The notes under the pieces: model-generated
What the model saw: only the letters and a program-made list of their open reading frames with translations
What the model was told of the DNA's origin: nothing
Database searches by the model: none
Program-made: the position numbers and the translations under genes
Assembly: GCA_965197645.1 (NCBI GenBank)
Contig: OZ240219.1
Coordinates: 2,080,001-2,144,000, forward strand
Source of the DNA: Dehalococcoidia bacterium
GTDB lineage: Bacteria; Chloroflexota; Dehalococcoidia; Plut-88900
DNA: 64,000 bases
Reading direction: 5' to 3'
Part shown: piece by piece, positions 29,695-39,398 of the stretch
Position numbering within the stretch: the first letter of the stretch is position 1
Layout: every line of letters starts with the position of its first letter

Positions 29695-29754
29695 AGACCG
29701 GCTTCAGAATACCCTCGACGAGCTGCTTAGCAGACTGAATGACAGGTGATTAGC

Positions 29755-31359
29755 ATGACCCAGCTCAACTTCCAGAACCGCACCCTCTACCACGGAGACA
29801 ATCTGGTCTTCTTACGCGGCATGAACTCCGGTACGGTCCATCTCATCGCTACCGATCCTCCCTTCAACAAGTCAAGGGACTTCCACGCCACGCCCGATAG
29901 CCTGGCAGCTGGAGCGCAATTCCAGGACCGCTGGTCGTGGAAGAACGACCTCCACGACGACTGGCTCATCCAAATCCAGCGGTACCACCCCGAGGTGTGG
30001 CACGCCATCAATGCCGCCAAAAACGTCCACGGTGACGGTATGGGGGCCTTCCTGTGCTGGCTCGGCGTTCGACTCCTGGAGATGCGCCGCGTCCTGCGGG
30101 ACGACGGGAGCATCTATGTGCACATCGACGACACTGCCAACCACTATGTGAAGGCCCTCATGGATGCGGTGTTCGGGGCAGACAACTACTGCAATCAAAT
30201 CGCCTGGAGGCGCGCAACTTCCCATAACGACCCAGCTAACTATGGACGCATTGTAGAGTACCTTCTGTATTATAAGAACGGAACTGCACCGACGTGGAAC
30301 GGGTTCTCAATCGCTGATATGAAGACGCCGGAGGCTCTCAAGAAAGCATATTCCTCAAAAGACAGCCGGGGCAGTTTCAGGTCGGATAACTTGACTGGCC
30401 CATTACACAACTCCAAGGAAGGCAGCGAGAGTACTCTTCCCTGGCATGGGTATGACGTTTACGCGATGGGCCGGTGTTGGTCAGCCCCTAAGACCGGTAA
30501 ATATGCAGAATATATTGAGGAGCAATTTGTACCGGGATACCGATCCATAGAGGGCGTTCATGCGCGCCTTGACGCTCTTAATGAGGCTGGGCTGATTCAC
30601 CACCCGACCAGAGGGAAATGGCCGGGCCTCAAGAGATACGCTGCAGCTGATGAAGGCACTCCTCCCCAGAATCTTGTACTCAAACCTACTGGGTTCACGA
30701 ACTACAACGTGAAAGGTGGTGAGTATGTTGGCTATCCCACGCAAAAACGGCTCGCGCTCTATGAACGCATCATATCAGCGAGCAGTAACCCTGGCGATAT
30801 CGTACTCGACCCTTTCTGCGGCTGCGCTACCACTCCTGTAGCCGCCGAGAAGCTTGGACGCCAATGGGTAGGCATGGACATATGGGATGGGGCGCATAAG
30901 GTAGTATTGGAGCGCATGGAGGACAACCGCCAGTTGCTAGCCGACCGCAACGCGCAGGTCCACTACACGACGACCCCTCCGGTCCGCACCGACACCGGAG
31001 AAGAAGCTGTGCTCTACCTGCGTACTCCGCCCGGGAAAGCACCGAGATACCCGGCTCCCAGGACTCAACACGCCACCCTGCTGGTCGATATCGGTGCCTT
31101 CTGCCAGGGCTGTGGCCGGGACTACAACTTTGATCCGAGGGTGCTAGAAGTAGACCACATAAGGCCTAAGTCCGACGGAGGCACGGACGCTTACGACAAC
31201 CTCACCCTGCTGTGCCCGCCCTGTAACAAGGAGAAGCGTGATAGGATGACGCTGACGGGACTACAGGACTTCAACCGTAGGCATGGTCACCTGCCCCAGG
31301 AACGCGAGCAAAACATCCGGCACGGGCGGACTGGTAAGAGCCGCCGAAAGCGGAAATAG
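29755..31359 (+). CDS. Beta-class N6A/N4C DNA methyltransferase fused to a C-terminal HNH endonuclease
   Basis: GDNL, DPPF motif IV, YPTQK, LDPFCGCATT motif I, then CQGC..VDHIRPKSDGG..DNLTLLCPPCNKEK. Confidence 0.9.
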   Translation: MTQLNFQNRTLYHGDNLVFLRGMNSGTVHLIATDPPFNKSRDFHATPDSLAAGAQFQDRWSWKNDLHDDWLIQIQRYHPEVWHAINAAKNVHGDGMGAFLCWLGVRLLEMRRVLRDDGSIYVHIDDTANHYVKALMDAVFGADNYCNQIAWRRATSHNDPANYGRIVEYLLYYKNGTAPTWNGFSIADMKTPEALKKAYSSKDSRGSFRSDNLTGPLHNSKEGSESTLPWHGYDVYAMGRCWSAPKTGKYAEYIEEQFVPGYRSIEGVHARLDALNEAGLIHHPTRGKWPGLKRYAAADEGTPPQNLVLKPTGFTNYNVKGGEYVGYPTQKRLALYERIISASSNPGDIVLDPFCGCATTPVAAEKLGRQWVGMDIWDGAHKVVLERMEDNRQLLADRNAQVHYTTTPPVRTDTGEEAVLYLRTPPGKAPRYPAPRTQHATLLVDIGAFCQGCGRDYNFDPRVLEVDHIRPKSDGGTDAYDNLTLLCPPCNKEKRDRMTLTGLQDFNRRHGHLPQEREQNIRHGRTGKSRRKRK

Positions 31360-31372
31360 GAAGGAGAAGAAG

Positions 31373-31600
31373 ATGGCAGAAGATACAGACCAAGTTCTTC
31401 ACAGAATCGATGGCGTCAGTCGTAGTGGGCAGGCCTTCGTGGCGCTGGAGTCGCTTGGATCCGAACTGTGGTTCACAGTAGGATATCCAGACGATCTGAA
31501 GCACACCATCACCATACCGATCCCAAGCGAGAAGACCCGCTTGTTGGCTGACGGTCTCGAGAGCATATCCAAGATACTGCGCATGAACGATGAAGAGTGA
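31373..31600 (+). CDS. Small hypothetical protein (75 aa)
   Basis: AAGGAG SD then ATG; tightly follows the MTase-HNH gene. Confidence 0.6.
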   Translation: MAEDTDQVLHRIDGVSRSGQAFVALESLGSELWFTVGYPDDLKHTITIPIPSEKTRLLADGLESISKILRMNDEE

Positions 31601-31623
31601 GTGATGGCCGAAAGGAGAAGAAG

Positions 31624-31920
31624 ATGGCTGACCGAGCTATCGAAGTGGATGAAGACATAGTCACGATCACCGTGACAACTACTGATGGGAGCAAAGCAGA
31701 GCATCGCTATGCTGTGGCTGATGACGCCATAGCAGACGGTTGGTGGGATGATCTCTATACCAGCATCGACCTCGCATTAAAAGGAGTCAACCCAACCCTA
31801 GAGCTTCACTACCCTATCGCCTTCTACAAAAGCGAGCATATTGTCAGCGTGACGCTACCGCGGACTCTGAGAGGCAAGAACCCACCGTCGTTAGGATTCA
31901 AAGGCACCAAGAACGATTAA
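31624..31920 (+). CDS. Small hypothetical protein (98 aa)
   Basis: Same AAGGAGAAGAAGATGGC initiation region as the previous gene. Confidence 0.6.
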   Translation: MADRAIEVDEDIVTITVTTTDGSKAEHRYAVADDAIADGWWDDLYTSIDLALKGVNPTLELHYPIAFYKSEHIVSVTLPRTLRGKNPPSLGFKGTKND

Positions 31921-31954
31921 AAGGCTCCATCCGCCACCGCAACCCTGCTCCCGG

Positions 31955-32776
31955 CTAGCTGTTGAGGAAACCGAGGGTAGCCTCGAGGAACTGCGCCGGT
32001 TGCTCCTGGTGCGGGAAGTGGCCGCAATTCTCGATCACCTTCAGCGTGGAGTCGGGGAGGAGGCGTTGGAAGGCCCTCCCGTACTCGGGCGGCACCATGG
32101 AGTCGGACTCGCCCCACACCAGCAGCGTCGGCATGGTCAACCTGTGGATGCGCTTGTTCAGGCCCCTATCCGGGATGGGCCAGATGAACTTGCCCACGGT
32201 GGCGAGGGTCTGTACCTGGTTCAGCTCGGCCTCACTCTGGGCCGCCGGGTCTTCGGGAACCGACAAGGCCGCTTTGGCGGCGTCGGATTCGGGGTTGTGC
32301 CATAGCGCCTGAGCGCGCTCTTCCGGTGTCAGTATGAAGAAGTCGGAGATTGGGGCTTCCTCGAGCCATAGTCCCAGCGAACTCACCAGCACCAGGCGGC
32401 TCACCTTCTCCGGTCGATGGGCAGCCAGCTCTGCCGCCAGCATTCCACCATAAGAATGCCCCACGACGTGAGCCCGTTCCAGCCCCAGCTCGTCCATCAG
32501 CTCCTCGTAGAAGAGGACCAGGTCCCAGATGTCGTCCAGGTGGTCCAGACCGGTGGAGCTGCCCAGTCCGGGATGGGCCGGGCTGTAGACGCGATGGCTT
32601 TCCGCTAGGGTATCCAGGAAGGGCGTCCAGCCGGTGAACCCGTCCTCCCCGTGAAGGTACAGCAGGGCATCTCCCGCTCCGCCCTCCGATACCCGTATGT
32701 TGAACTTGCCGCCCCGAACGGCCACCATTTTTTCTTCGTGCTGAACCATACCAGCTTCCAATTCGGAACTTGTCAT
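31955..32776 (-). CDS. Alpha/beta fold hydrolase
   Basis: LYLHG, GHSYGG, WGESD, CGHFP. Confidence 0.9.
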   Translation of the reverse strand: MTSSELEAGMVQHEEKMVAVRGGKFNIRVSEGGAGDALLYLHGEDGFTGWTPFLDTLAESHRVYSPAHPGLGSSTGLDHLDDIWDLVLFYEELMDELGLERAHVVGHSYGGMLAAELAAHRPEKVSRLVLVSSLGLWLEEAPISDFFILTPEERAQALWHNPESDAAKAALSVPEDPAAQSEAELNQVQTLATVGKFIWPIPDRGLNKRIHRLTMPTLLVWGESDSMVPPEYGRAFQRLLPDSTLKVIENCGHFPHQEQPAQFLEATLGFLNS

Positions 32777-32845
32777 CGTAAGTCGCCGGCCTCACGCAAC
32801 GATCACGGGGCCGGCCTACGATGTTGTCATAGACTTACGGCAGGA

Positions 32846-34069
32846 CTAACCTCCCACCGGCGCAACCGACTGCCGGCCGACGGCCTGGGGCCACCACGGG
32901 TCGTCGTACTCGTCCCACAGGCCCTTCACGGCGGGGAGCACCTCTTTCGTAAACAGCTCGGTGTTCTTCCTAGCTATTTCGTCGGGCATGCTGCCGATGT
33001 GGAGCAAGACCATCAGGTGCCCGACCCTCAGCAGCTTGATGGCCTCGGTCAGCTGCTCGCGGACTGTGGCGGGACTGCCGGCGATGATATGACCCTTGTC
33101 CACGAAGTCCTGCCAGTTCAACTCCTGGGCAACCCTGGCAGATTCCTTTCCGGCCTGAACCCGAGAGGACTTCTTCATGGAGGTCATGGACCGGTATCCG
33201 GGGGCCTCGGCGAAGGGTGGATAGATGCGGAGCATCTTTTGATAGAAGTACTTGACGTGCTCCTCGTAGTCTATCTCGGCCTGCCGGTCGGTCTCCGAGA
33301 CGCAAACCAACTGGAGGAAACCGAGCCGGTGGGGATTGTCGTCGATGCCCCTTTCCTCGGCGGCGTTCCAGAACCCTCGGACCACGTCGAGGGCGCGCTG
33401 GTAGCCGAAGTAGCTGAGATAGCAGTAGACGTAGTTGTGCCTCAGCACCCAGTCCCACGTCTCCAGGCTGCCGCTTCCGGGGATCCACACAGGGGGGTGG
33501 GGCTGCTGCAGGGGACGGGGCCAGCAGTTGACGTAACGCAGCTTCGTGTACTTCCCGTTGAATATGAAAGGCTCGCGCTCGGTCCAGGCGCGCATTATCA
33601 GATCGTGGGCCTCGGAGTGGCGCTCCCTGAGCTGCAGGGGGACCTGCCCGTAGGAAAAGGCGGTGTCCATCGATGTCCCCACCGGGAATCCGGCCACCAG
33701 GCGTCCCCCGCTCATGATATCGATCATCGCCATCTCCTCGGCGACGCGTAGCGGCGGCTGGTAGAGAGCCAGGCTGTTGCCCAGGACGACCAGGGCGGCG
33801 TTGGAGGTGCTCCGAGCCAGGATACTGGCCATGAGATTGGGCGAAGGCATCAGACCGTAGGCATTACTGTGGTGCTCGTTGACGCAAATGCCATCGAAGC
33901 CCCAGGAATCGGCATGCTCCATCTGCCCCAGGTAATCGCCGTAGTACTGCTGGGCGATCGAGGGATCGAAATTCTCGTTGGGCAGGTCCACCCATGCGCT
34001 TCGGTGCCTGTTTTCAAAGTCCGAGGGAAGCGCCTGGTACGGCATCAGGTGAAAGTACGACAGTTTCAT
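32846..34069 (-). CDS. LLM flavin-dependent monooxygenase
   Basis: NEHH, PLRVAEEMAMID, WPRPLQQPHPPVWIPG. Confidence 0.9.
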   Translation of the reverse strand: MKLSYFHLMPYQALPSDFENRHRSAWVDLPNENFDPSIAQQYYGDYLGQMEHADSWGFDGICVNEHHSNAYGLMPSPNLMASILARSTSNAALVVLGNSLALYQPPLRVAEEMAMIDIMSGGRLVAGFPVGTSMDTAFSYGQVPLQLRERHSEAHDLIMRAWTEREPFIFNGKYTKLRYVNCWPRPLQQPHPPVWIPGSGSLETWDWVLRHNYVYCYLSYFGYQRALDVVRGFWNAAEERGIDDNPHRLGFLQLVCVSETDRQAEIDYEEHVKYFYQKMLRIYPPFAEAPGYRSMTSMKKSSRVQAGKESARVAQELNWQDFVDKGHIIAGSPATVREQLTEAIKLLRVGHLMVLLHIGSMPDEIARKNTELFTKEVLPAVKGLWDEYDDPWWPQAVGRQSVAPVGG

Positions 34070-34270
34070 GGTGCCTCCAATCCCATCGATAGGGAACCGG
34101 TGTACTTGGCAGGTCGGCGCCGACTACGGGAGATGATAGCATACCCAGTGCGGCCCGGTCAGGGACCGTCGTATCAGGGGTAGGTATCCGGAGTCTGGAA
34201 ACTTGCCCCGGTAACGTGGATAATTGCCGATGTCTGCGGAACCATCGAGACTGAACGGGAAACTGGAGCC

Positions 34271-37200
34271 ATGAGCTTGAAAAACCTGCTGGTTGCCAAT
34301 AGAGGGGAGATAGCCGTCCGGATAATCCGAGCGGCCAGCGAGCTGAACATAGGGACGGTAGCCGTGTTCTCCGAGGACGATGCTACCTCGCTACATACGA
34401 GGAAGGCCGACGAGGCTCGGGCACTGACCGGTTCCGGGCCCAGGGCCTATCTCGATATCGAGGGGATCATAGCCCTTGCCAGGGAAGCGGGATGCGATGC
34501 CATTCACCCGGGCTACGGCTTCCTCAGCGAGAACGCCGACTTCAGCCGCAGATGCGCCGAGGAGGGCATCACTTTCGTTGGGCCGCGGCCCGAGACCATG
34601 GAGCTGCTGGGGAATAAGGCCCAGGCTCGGACACTGGCCGAGGAGAATGGGGTACCGGTGATACCCGGCACCAAGGCCCCGACCACCCTGGAGCAGGTGA
34701 GGGAGTTCTTTTCCGGGCCCGGTGAGGGAGGCCCGATACTGATCAAGGCTATCGGCGGGGGTGGGGGACGGGGCATGCGGGCCGTATCCCGGACCGAGGA
34801 CGTCGAAGAGGCGTTTGCCCGGTGTCAATCGGAAGCCGGACAGGCCTTCGGCAACGGCGAAGTGTACGTTGAGCGGCTCATCCCTCGCTCCCGTCACATC
34901 GAGGTGCAATTAGTGTGCGATAGCTCGGGCGGGATATCGGACCTGGGGGAGCGGGAATGCAGCATCCAGAGACGGTATCAGAAGATGATCGAGGTTGCGC
35001 CCTCGCCCGGGCTATCGGCCGGGCTGCGGCGGCGGCTCATCGCCGCGGCGGCCAGGATTGCGGAGGCGGCGAAATACGAAAACGTCGGGTCTTTCGAGTT
35101 CCTCGTGGACGCCGCCTCTATGGGCTCGGATGACACCCCCTTCTACTTCATCGAGGCCAACGCCAGGCTGCAGGTGGAGCATACCGTTACCGAAGAGGTG
35201 ACGGGAGTCGATCTTGTGCAAACCCAGTTGGAGCTGGCGGCGGGACGGTCCCTGCAGGATCTGGGGTTAGCCGGAGACGGGGCCAGGTCCCCAAACGGGT
35301 ACGCCATGCAAGCGCGGGTCAACATGGAGACGATGGCCGAAGACGGTACGGCGCGGCCATCTGCAGGCGTGTTGACTGCCTTCGAGATGCCTTCGGGCCC
35401 GGGTGTGCGCATCGATTCATTCGGGTACGCCGGGTATCGGATCAGCCCCAACTTCGATTCTCTGCTGGCCAAGGTGGTCGGACACTCCAGGTCCAACGAG
35501 TACTCCGCAGTAATATCCAAGACCTATCGTGCGCTCTGTGAGGCCCGGATCGAGGGTGTACCCACCAACATCCCCTTCCTGCAGAGCATCCTACAGCACC
35601 CGGACTTCATAAGCGATAACATCCATACCCGGTTTGTCGATGAGAACGTAGCCGAGCTGGTAGGCGCCGCCAACAACCACCACCGCAAGCTGTTCTTCGA
35701 GCAAGCCCCGGTACAAACCCAGGCGAAGCCTCAGTTTGCAGGCGCGCGCATTGATGCCAGCGATCCTCTCGCCGTGCTCGATCATGGCAAGTCAGGAGAC
35801 CGGCAACCAGCGTCCATGTTCACTTCAGAACCGATGCCATATGCGTCTGCCGAAGTGGGCGCCGGTCCGGAGGGAACGATCCCCATTCGGGCTCCCGTCC
35901 AGGGGACGATCGTCAGCATCAGCGTGGCCGAAGGGGACCAGGTGACGGGAAGCACCCAGGTCATCGTGATGGAATCGATGAAGATGGAGCACGAGGTGCT
36001 GGCCGGGACTGACGGCACGGTGCGCCAGGTTACCGTGTCGGAAGGCGACACCGTATACGAAGGCCACCCTCTGCTCTATGTCGAAGAGGGGACCGTCGAG
36101 GGCGAAGCGACCGAAGGGTTAGAGGAGATAGACTTGGACTACATCCGCCCCGATCTGGCGGAGCTTTTCGAACGGCGTGCCATGACCCTGGACTCCGCAC
36201 GGCCCGAATCGGTGGAGAAGAGGAGACAGAAAGGGCAACGCACTACGCGAGAGAACATCGAGAACCTGTGCGACCCGGGCTCCTTCTCCGAGTACGGAGG
36301 GCTGGTGATAGCCGCCAGGCGGGAACGGAACACCCTCCAGGAGCTGATCCAGAGGACTCCGGCAGACGGCCTGGAGGCGGGAATCGGTCGTGTGAACGGC
36401 CAACTGTTCGACGACTCCAGGGCTCGATGCGCGGTCATCGGCTACGACTACATGGTGCTGGCCGGGACCCAGGGAAAGAAGAACCACGAGAAGAAGGACC
36501 GGTTCCTGGAGGTGATAGAGCGGGCCCGTTTGCCCCTTGTCTTCTTTGCCGAAGGCGGCGGTGGAAGGCCCGGCGACTCGGACGATAAGGGGGTGGCGGG
36601 GCTTACCACCCCGGCCTTCACCAGGTTTGCCAAGCTGAGCGGCCTGGTACCCGTGATCGGCATCACATCGGGCAGATGCTTCGCGGGGAACGCCGTGCTG
36701 CTGGGGTGCTGCGATGTGATCATTGCAACGGCAAACTCGAATATCGGGCTGGGAGGACCGGCAATGATCGAGGGTGGTGGGCTGGGTATCTTCCGCCCAG
36801 AGGAGATCGGCCCGATGGAGCACCAGGTGCCCAACGGTGTGGTGGATATTCCGGTGGCGGACGAGGCGGAAGCGGTGGAGGTCGCAAAGAAATATCTCTC
36901 CTACTTCCAGGGGCCCCTCAACAATTGGGACTGCGCCGACCAGAGGTTGCTGCGCAGGGCCGTCCCCGAGAACCGGATGCGGGTCTACGATATCCGATCG
37001 ATCATCGATATCCTGGCCGATACCGGCTCCGTGCTGGAGATCAGGAAGCACTTCGGTCACGGGATGGTGACGAGTTTGATCAGAATCGAAGGGCGGCCCG
37101 TAGGGGTGATTGCCAACAACCCGACCCACCTGGGAGGTGCGGTGGACAGCGATGGGGCGGATAAGGCGTCACGATTCATGCAGCTTTGCGACGCATTCGA

Positions 37201-37699
37201 TATCCCGCTGCTGCTGTTGATAGATACGCCGGGGATGATGGTCGGACCCGAAACCGAGAAGACGGCCCTGTTGCGACATAGCTGCCGGTTGTTCGTCACC
37301 GGGTCCAGCATAACCGTACCTACTTTCGGGGTGGTGCTGCGGAAGGCCTATGGCCTGGGGGCGCAGGCGATGGCGGGCGGTTGCTTCCACAACCCCCTTT
37401 CCATCGTTTCCTGGCCGACGGGAGAGTTTGGGGGGATGGGGCTGGAGGGAGCGGTGAAGCTGGGCTACCGCAAAGAGCTGGCGGCGATAGAGGACCCGGA
37501 AGAGAGGACTGCCACCTACGAAAAGATGGTGGCCGCTATGTACGAGGCCGGAAAGGCCATCAACACCGCGTCCTACTTCGAGCTGGACGACGTGATCGAT
37601 CCCGCGGAAACTCGACACTGGCTCTTGGAAGGACTGCGGGCCATGCCGCCGGTGCTGCCTCGCAGCGGCAAGAAGAGGCCCAACGTGGACACATGGTAG
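34271..37699 (+). CDS. Single-chain biotin-dependent acyl-CoA carboxylase (BC-BCCP-CT)
   Basis: ANRGEIA, HPGYGFLSEN, GGGGRGMR, RLQVEH, ESMKM biotin site, CT motifs GGGGRPGD and DTPGMMVG. Confidence 0.9.
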   Translation: MSLKNLLVANRGEIAVRIIRAASELNIGTVAVFSEDDATSLHTRKADEARALTGSGPRAYLDIEGIIALAREAGCDAIHPGYGFLSENADFSRRCAEEGITFVGPRPETMELLGNKAQARTLAEENGVPVIPGTKAPTTLEQVREFFSGPGEGGPILIKAIGGGGGRGMRAVSRTEDVEEAFARCQSEAGQAFGNGEVYVERLIPRSRHIEVQLVCDSSGGISDLGERECSIQRRYQKMIEVAPSPGLSAGLRRRLIAAAARIAEAAKYENVGSFEFLVDAASMGSDDTPFYFIEANARLQVEHTVTEEVTGVDLVQTQLELAAGRSLQDLGLAGDGARSPNGYAMQARVNMETMAEDGTARPSAGVLTAFEMPSGPGVRIDSFGYAGYRISPNFDSLLAKVVGHSRSNEYSAVISKTYRALCEARIEGVPTNIPFLQSILQHPDFISDNIHTRFVDENVAELVGAANNHHRKLFFEQAPVQTQAKPQFAGARIDASDPLAVLDHGKSGDRQPASMFTSEPMPYASAEVGAGPEGTIPIRAPVQGTIVSISVAEGDQVTGSTQVIVMESMKMEHEVLAGTDGTVRQVTVSEGDTVYEGHPLLYVEEGTVEGEATEGLEEIDLDYIRPDLAELFERRAMTLDSARPESVEKRRQKGQRTTRENIENLCDPGSFSEYGGLVIAARRERNTLQELIQRTPADGLEAGIGRVNGQLFDDSRARCAVIGYDYMVLAGTQGKKNHEKKDRFLEVIERARLPLVFFAEGGGGRPGDSDDKGVAGLTTPAFTRFAKLSGLVPVIGITSGRCFAGNAVLLGCCDVIIATANSNIGLGGPAMIEGGGLGIFRPEEIGPMEHQVPNGVVDIPVADEAEAVEVAKKYLSYFQGPLNNWDCADQRLLRRAVPENRMRVYDIRSIIDILADTGSVLEIRKHFGHGMVTSLIRIEGRPVGVIANNPTHLGGAVDSDGADKASRFMQLCDAFDIPLLLLIDTPGMMVGPETEKTALLRHSCRLFVTGSSITVPTFGVVLRKAYGLGAQAMAGGCFHNPLSIVSWPTGEFGGMGLEGAVKLGYRKELAAIEDPEERTATYEKMVAAMYEAGKAINTASYFELDDVIDPAETRHWLLEGLRAMPPVLPRSGKKRPNVDTW

Positions 37700-37708
37700 G
37701 CTGGGGTC

Positions 37709-37806
37709 GCCCCGCCCCAGGTGGTTGTTCCCTCTCTCCCGCCCTGAGAGGTGTTTTGTCTGGGGGCACATCCCCCTGCCAGAGGGTTTTCCTCTGGACT
37801 CCCTGG
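37709..37806 (+). repeat. Repeat unit B
   Basis: TGGGGGCACATCCCCCTGCCAGAGGGTTTTCCTCTGGACTCC. Confidence 0.8.
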
Positions 37807-37863
37807 ATTGCATCCGACGCCGCCCCATTCCTGAAACAGCGGTTAGCAGACCGATAGAACAAC

Positions 37864-37934
37864 GGGTGTGCAGAGGGGCGAAGGCTCTTTGCCGGGAGTC
37901 TGAGAGCCTGCCCTGAACCTGCCGAAGTGGTGTC
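37864..37934 (+). repeat. Truncated repeat unit A with nested AGCCTGCCCTGAACCTGCCGAAG insert
   Basis: GGGTGTGCAGAGGGGCGAAGGCTCTTTGCCGGGAGTCTGAG. Confidence 0.8.
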
Positions 37935-37947
37935 GTTCCACGCCCGT

Positions 37948-38095
37948 CGTCATTGCGAGACCCGACAGAGTCGGGGCGTGGCAATCCAGCCAGGTCCGGC
38001 CTTTGACTGGTAGGGACGTGTACCCCACCTCCCCAGATTGCTTCGCTCCCTTCGACCCCACCTCTGGACCAACTCTCCCATCGCTCGCAACGACG
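37948..38095. repeat. GTCATTGCGAG-type palindromic (REP/RPE-like) element
   Basis: Outer arms CGTCATTGCGAG / CTCGCAACGACG; inner arms GTGGCAATC / GATTGCTTC. Confidence 0.75.
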
Positions 38096-38163
38096 GTAAC
38101 CGTCAAACTGAGTCCGTGCCCTCGTCACTTAGCCTGGGCTGGGCCGGACATCCGTGCCGATGA

Positions 38164-39219
38164 TTATCTGAACTGGGGCATGATCCGGTCGGCTATCTCC
38201 TGCATGTTTCGTTTCTGATCGACGATGGCGTACTGGACGCAAGATACTCCGAAGACGCCAATCTCACTTAGATCGTAGATCCTCTCGTCGATCTCCTCGA
38301 CAGGCCCTGAGAGGTTGATGGAGTCGATGACTCGCTGGGTGGCCAGCTTGGCATGAGGGGCGTTGATCGACTCGTGCATGTAGGGATCGAAGTTCTCGTA
38401 TATGTGCCGGTACTCGTCGACGAGGCCGGGCTGCTTTTTCTCCAGGCGTCGATACAGCTCCTGGGCCTCTTCCGAGTTTCGCTTGAAGATGGCTCGGTAG
38501 AGCACGCTTCCGCAGGAGGCGGCGTAGGAGGAGACCTCGCGCCGGGCCTCCTCTTTGGTTCCGGAGGGGTAGACCTCGGTCCTGGCCCAGATCTTTATGG
38601 TGGACGGGTCCCTGCCGGCCCTCTCAGCGCCCTTGTGGACCTGCTCGATGTTCCACTTGACTATCTCGGGTTCGCCGGCGCCGAACACCAGGACCTGATC
38701 GGCCACCTCACCGGCCAGCTGGAGGGTTTTGGGGCCCAGAGGACCCATCACGATGGGGATGGGTTGCCCGGCCCACTGGGTGTTGCGAATCCACTCCGAG
38801 TGCCAGGTCATGCCCCACAGCTCGGCATCCTCGCCGGCGGTGTATCGTCTGAGGAAGTTGGCTGTCTCGCGCTGAGCTTGCAGGGTCGCGGGACGCTTGG
38901 TCGCTTTACCTGCGCTGGGATCGCCTGCACCGAAGCCGATGAACACCCGACCGCCGGTGAGCTCCCGAAGGCTGGCGGTGAAGTTAGCGATGACGGCCGG
39001 GTGGTACATGATGGGGTCGCAGACGCCGTGGCCTATCTGTATGCGCCGCGTGGCCGTGGCGGCTATGGTCATCATCCCGAAGCATTCTCGGGAGACGTTG
39101 CTTTGATCGACGAAGGTGACGTGGGAGAACCCGGCCTCATCAGCGACCCGTGAGTGCTCAGCTACCTCATCGAACCTGAGCTCGGCACCCAAGCCTATCC
39201 CAAAGCTCATGCTAGCCAT
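38164..39219 (-). CDS. LLM oxidoreductase (Mer-like)
   Basis: HPAVIANFTASL, GRVFIGFGAGD, GPKTLQLAGEVAD; AGGAGG SD before ATG 39219. Confidence 0.85.
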   Translation of the reverse strand: MASMSFGIGLGAELRFDEVAEHSRVADEAGFSHVTFVDQSNVSRECFGMMTIAATATRRIQIGHGVCDPIMYHPAVIANFTASLRELTGGRVFIGFGAGDPSAGKATKRPATLQAQRETANFLRRYTAGEDAELWGMTWHSEWIRNTQWAGQPIPIVMGPLGPKTLQLAGEVADQVLVFGAGEPEIVKWNIEQVHKGAERAGRDPSTIKIWARTEVYPSGTKEEARREVSSYAASCGSVLYRAIFKRNSEEAQELYRRLEKKQPGLVDEYRHIYENFDPYMHESINAPHAKLATQRVIDSINLSGPVEEIDERIYDLSEIGVFGVSCVQYAIVDQKRNMQEIADRIMPQFR

Positions 39220-39398
39220 ACTAACCTCCTGCCCGTAAGAGTACAGGTCTTCTCTGACTAATCTGATGTCCTGGCGGTTGCGTAGGCTACAGGATAGGCC
39301 ACTCGGTGTTTCATGTCCACCGTATAGCTGGCAATTCCGCGTCGGCAGGCCTATGATGGGGCTACGGGGCTGTGCAACCATCCAGGAGGGGCGGACTC

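Noticed and set aside
20640-31920. A large integrated element from tRNA-Gly to the MTase islet
   Set aside because: No integrase or attR repeat seen, and the intervening genes have host-like composition and functions
34271-37699. BC-BCCP-CT fusion as a novel architecture
   Set aside because: Single-chain multidomain acyl-CoA carboxylases are an established family
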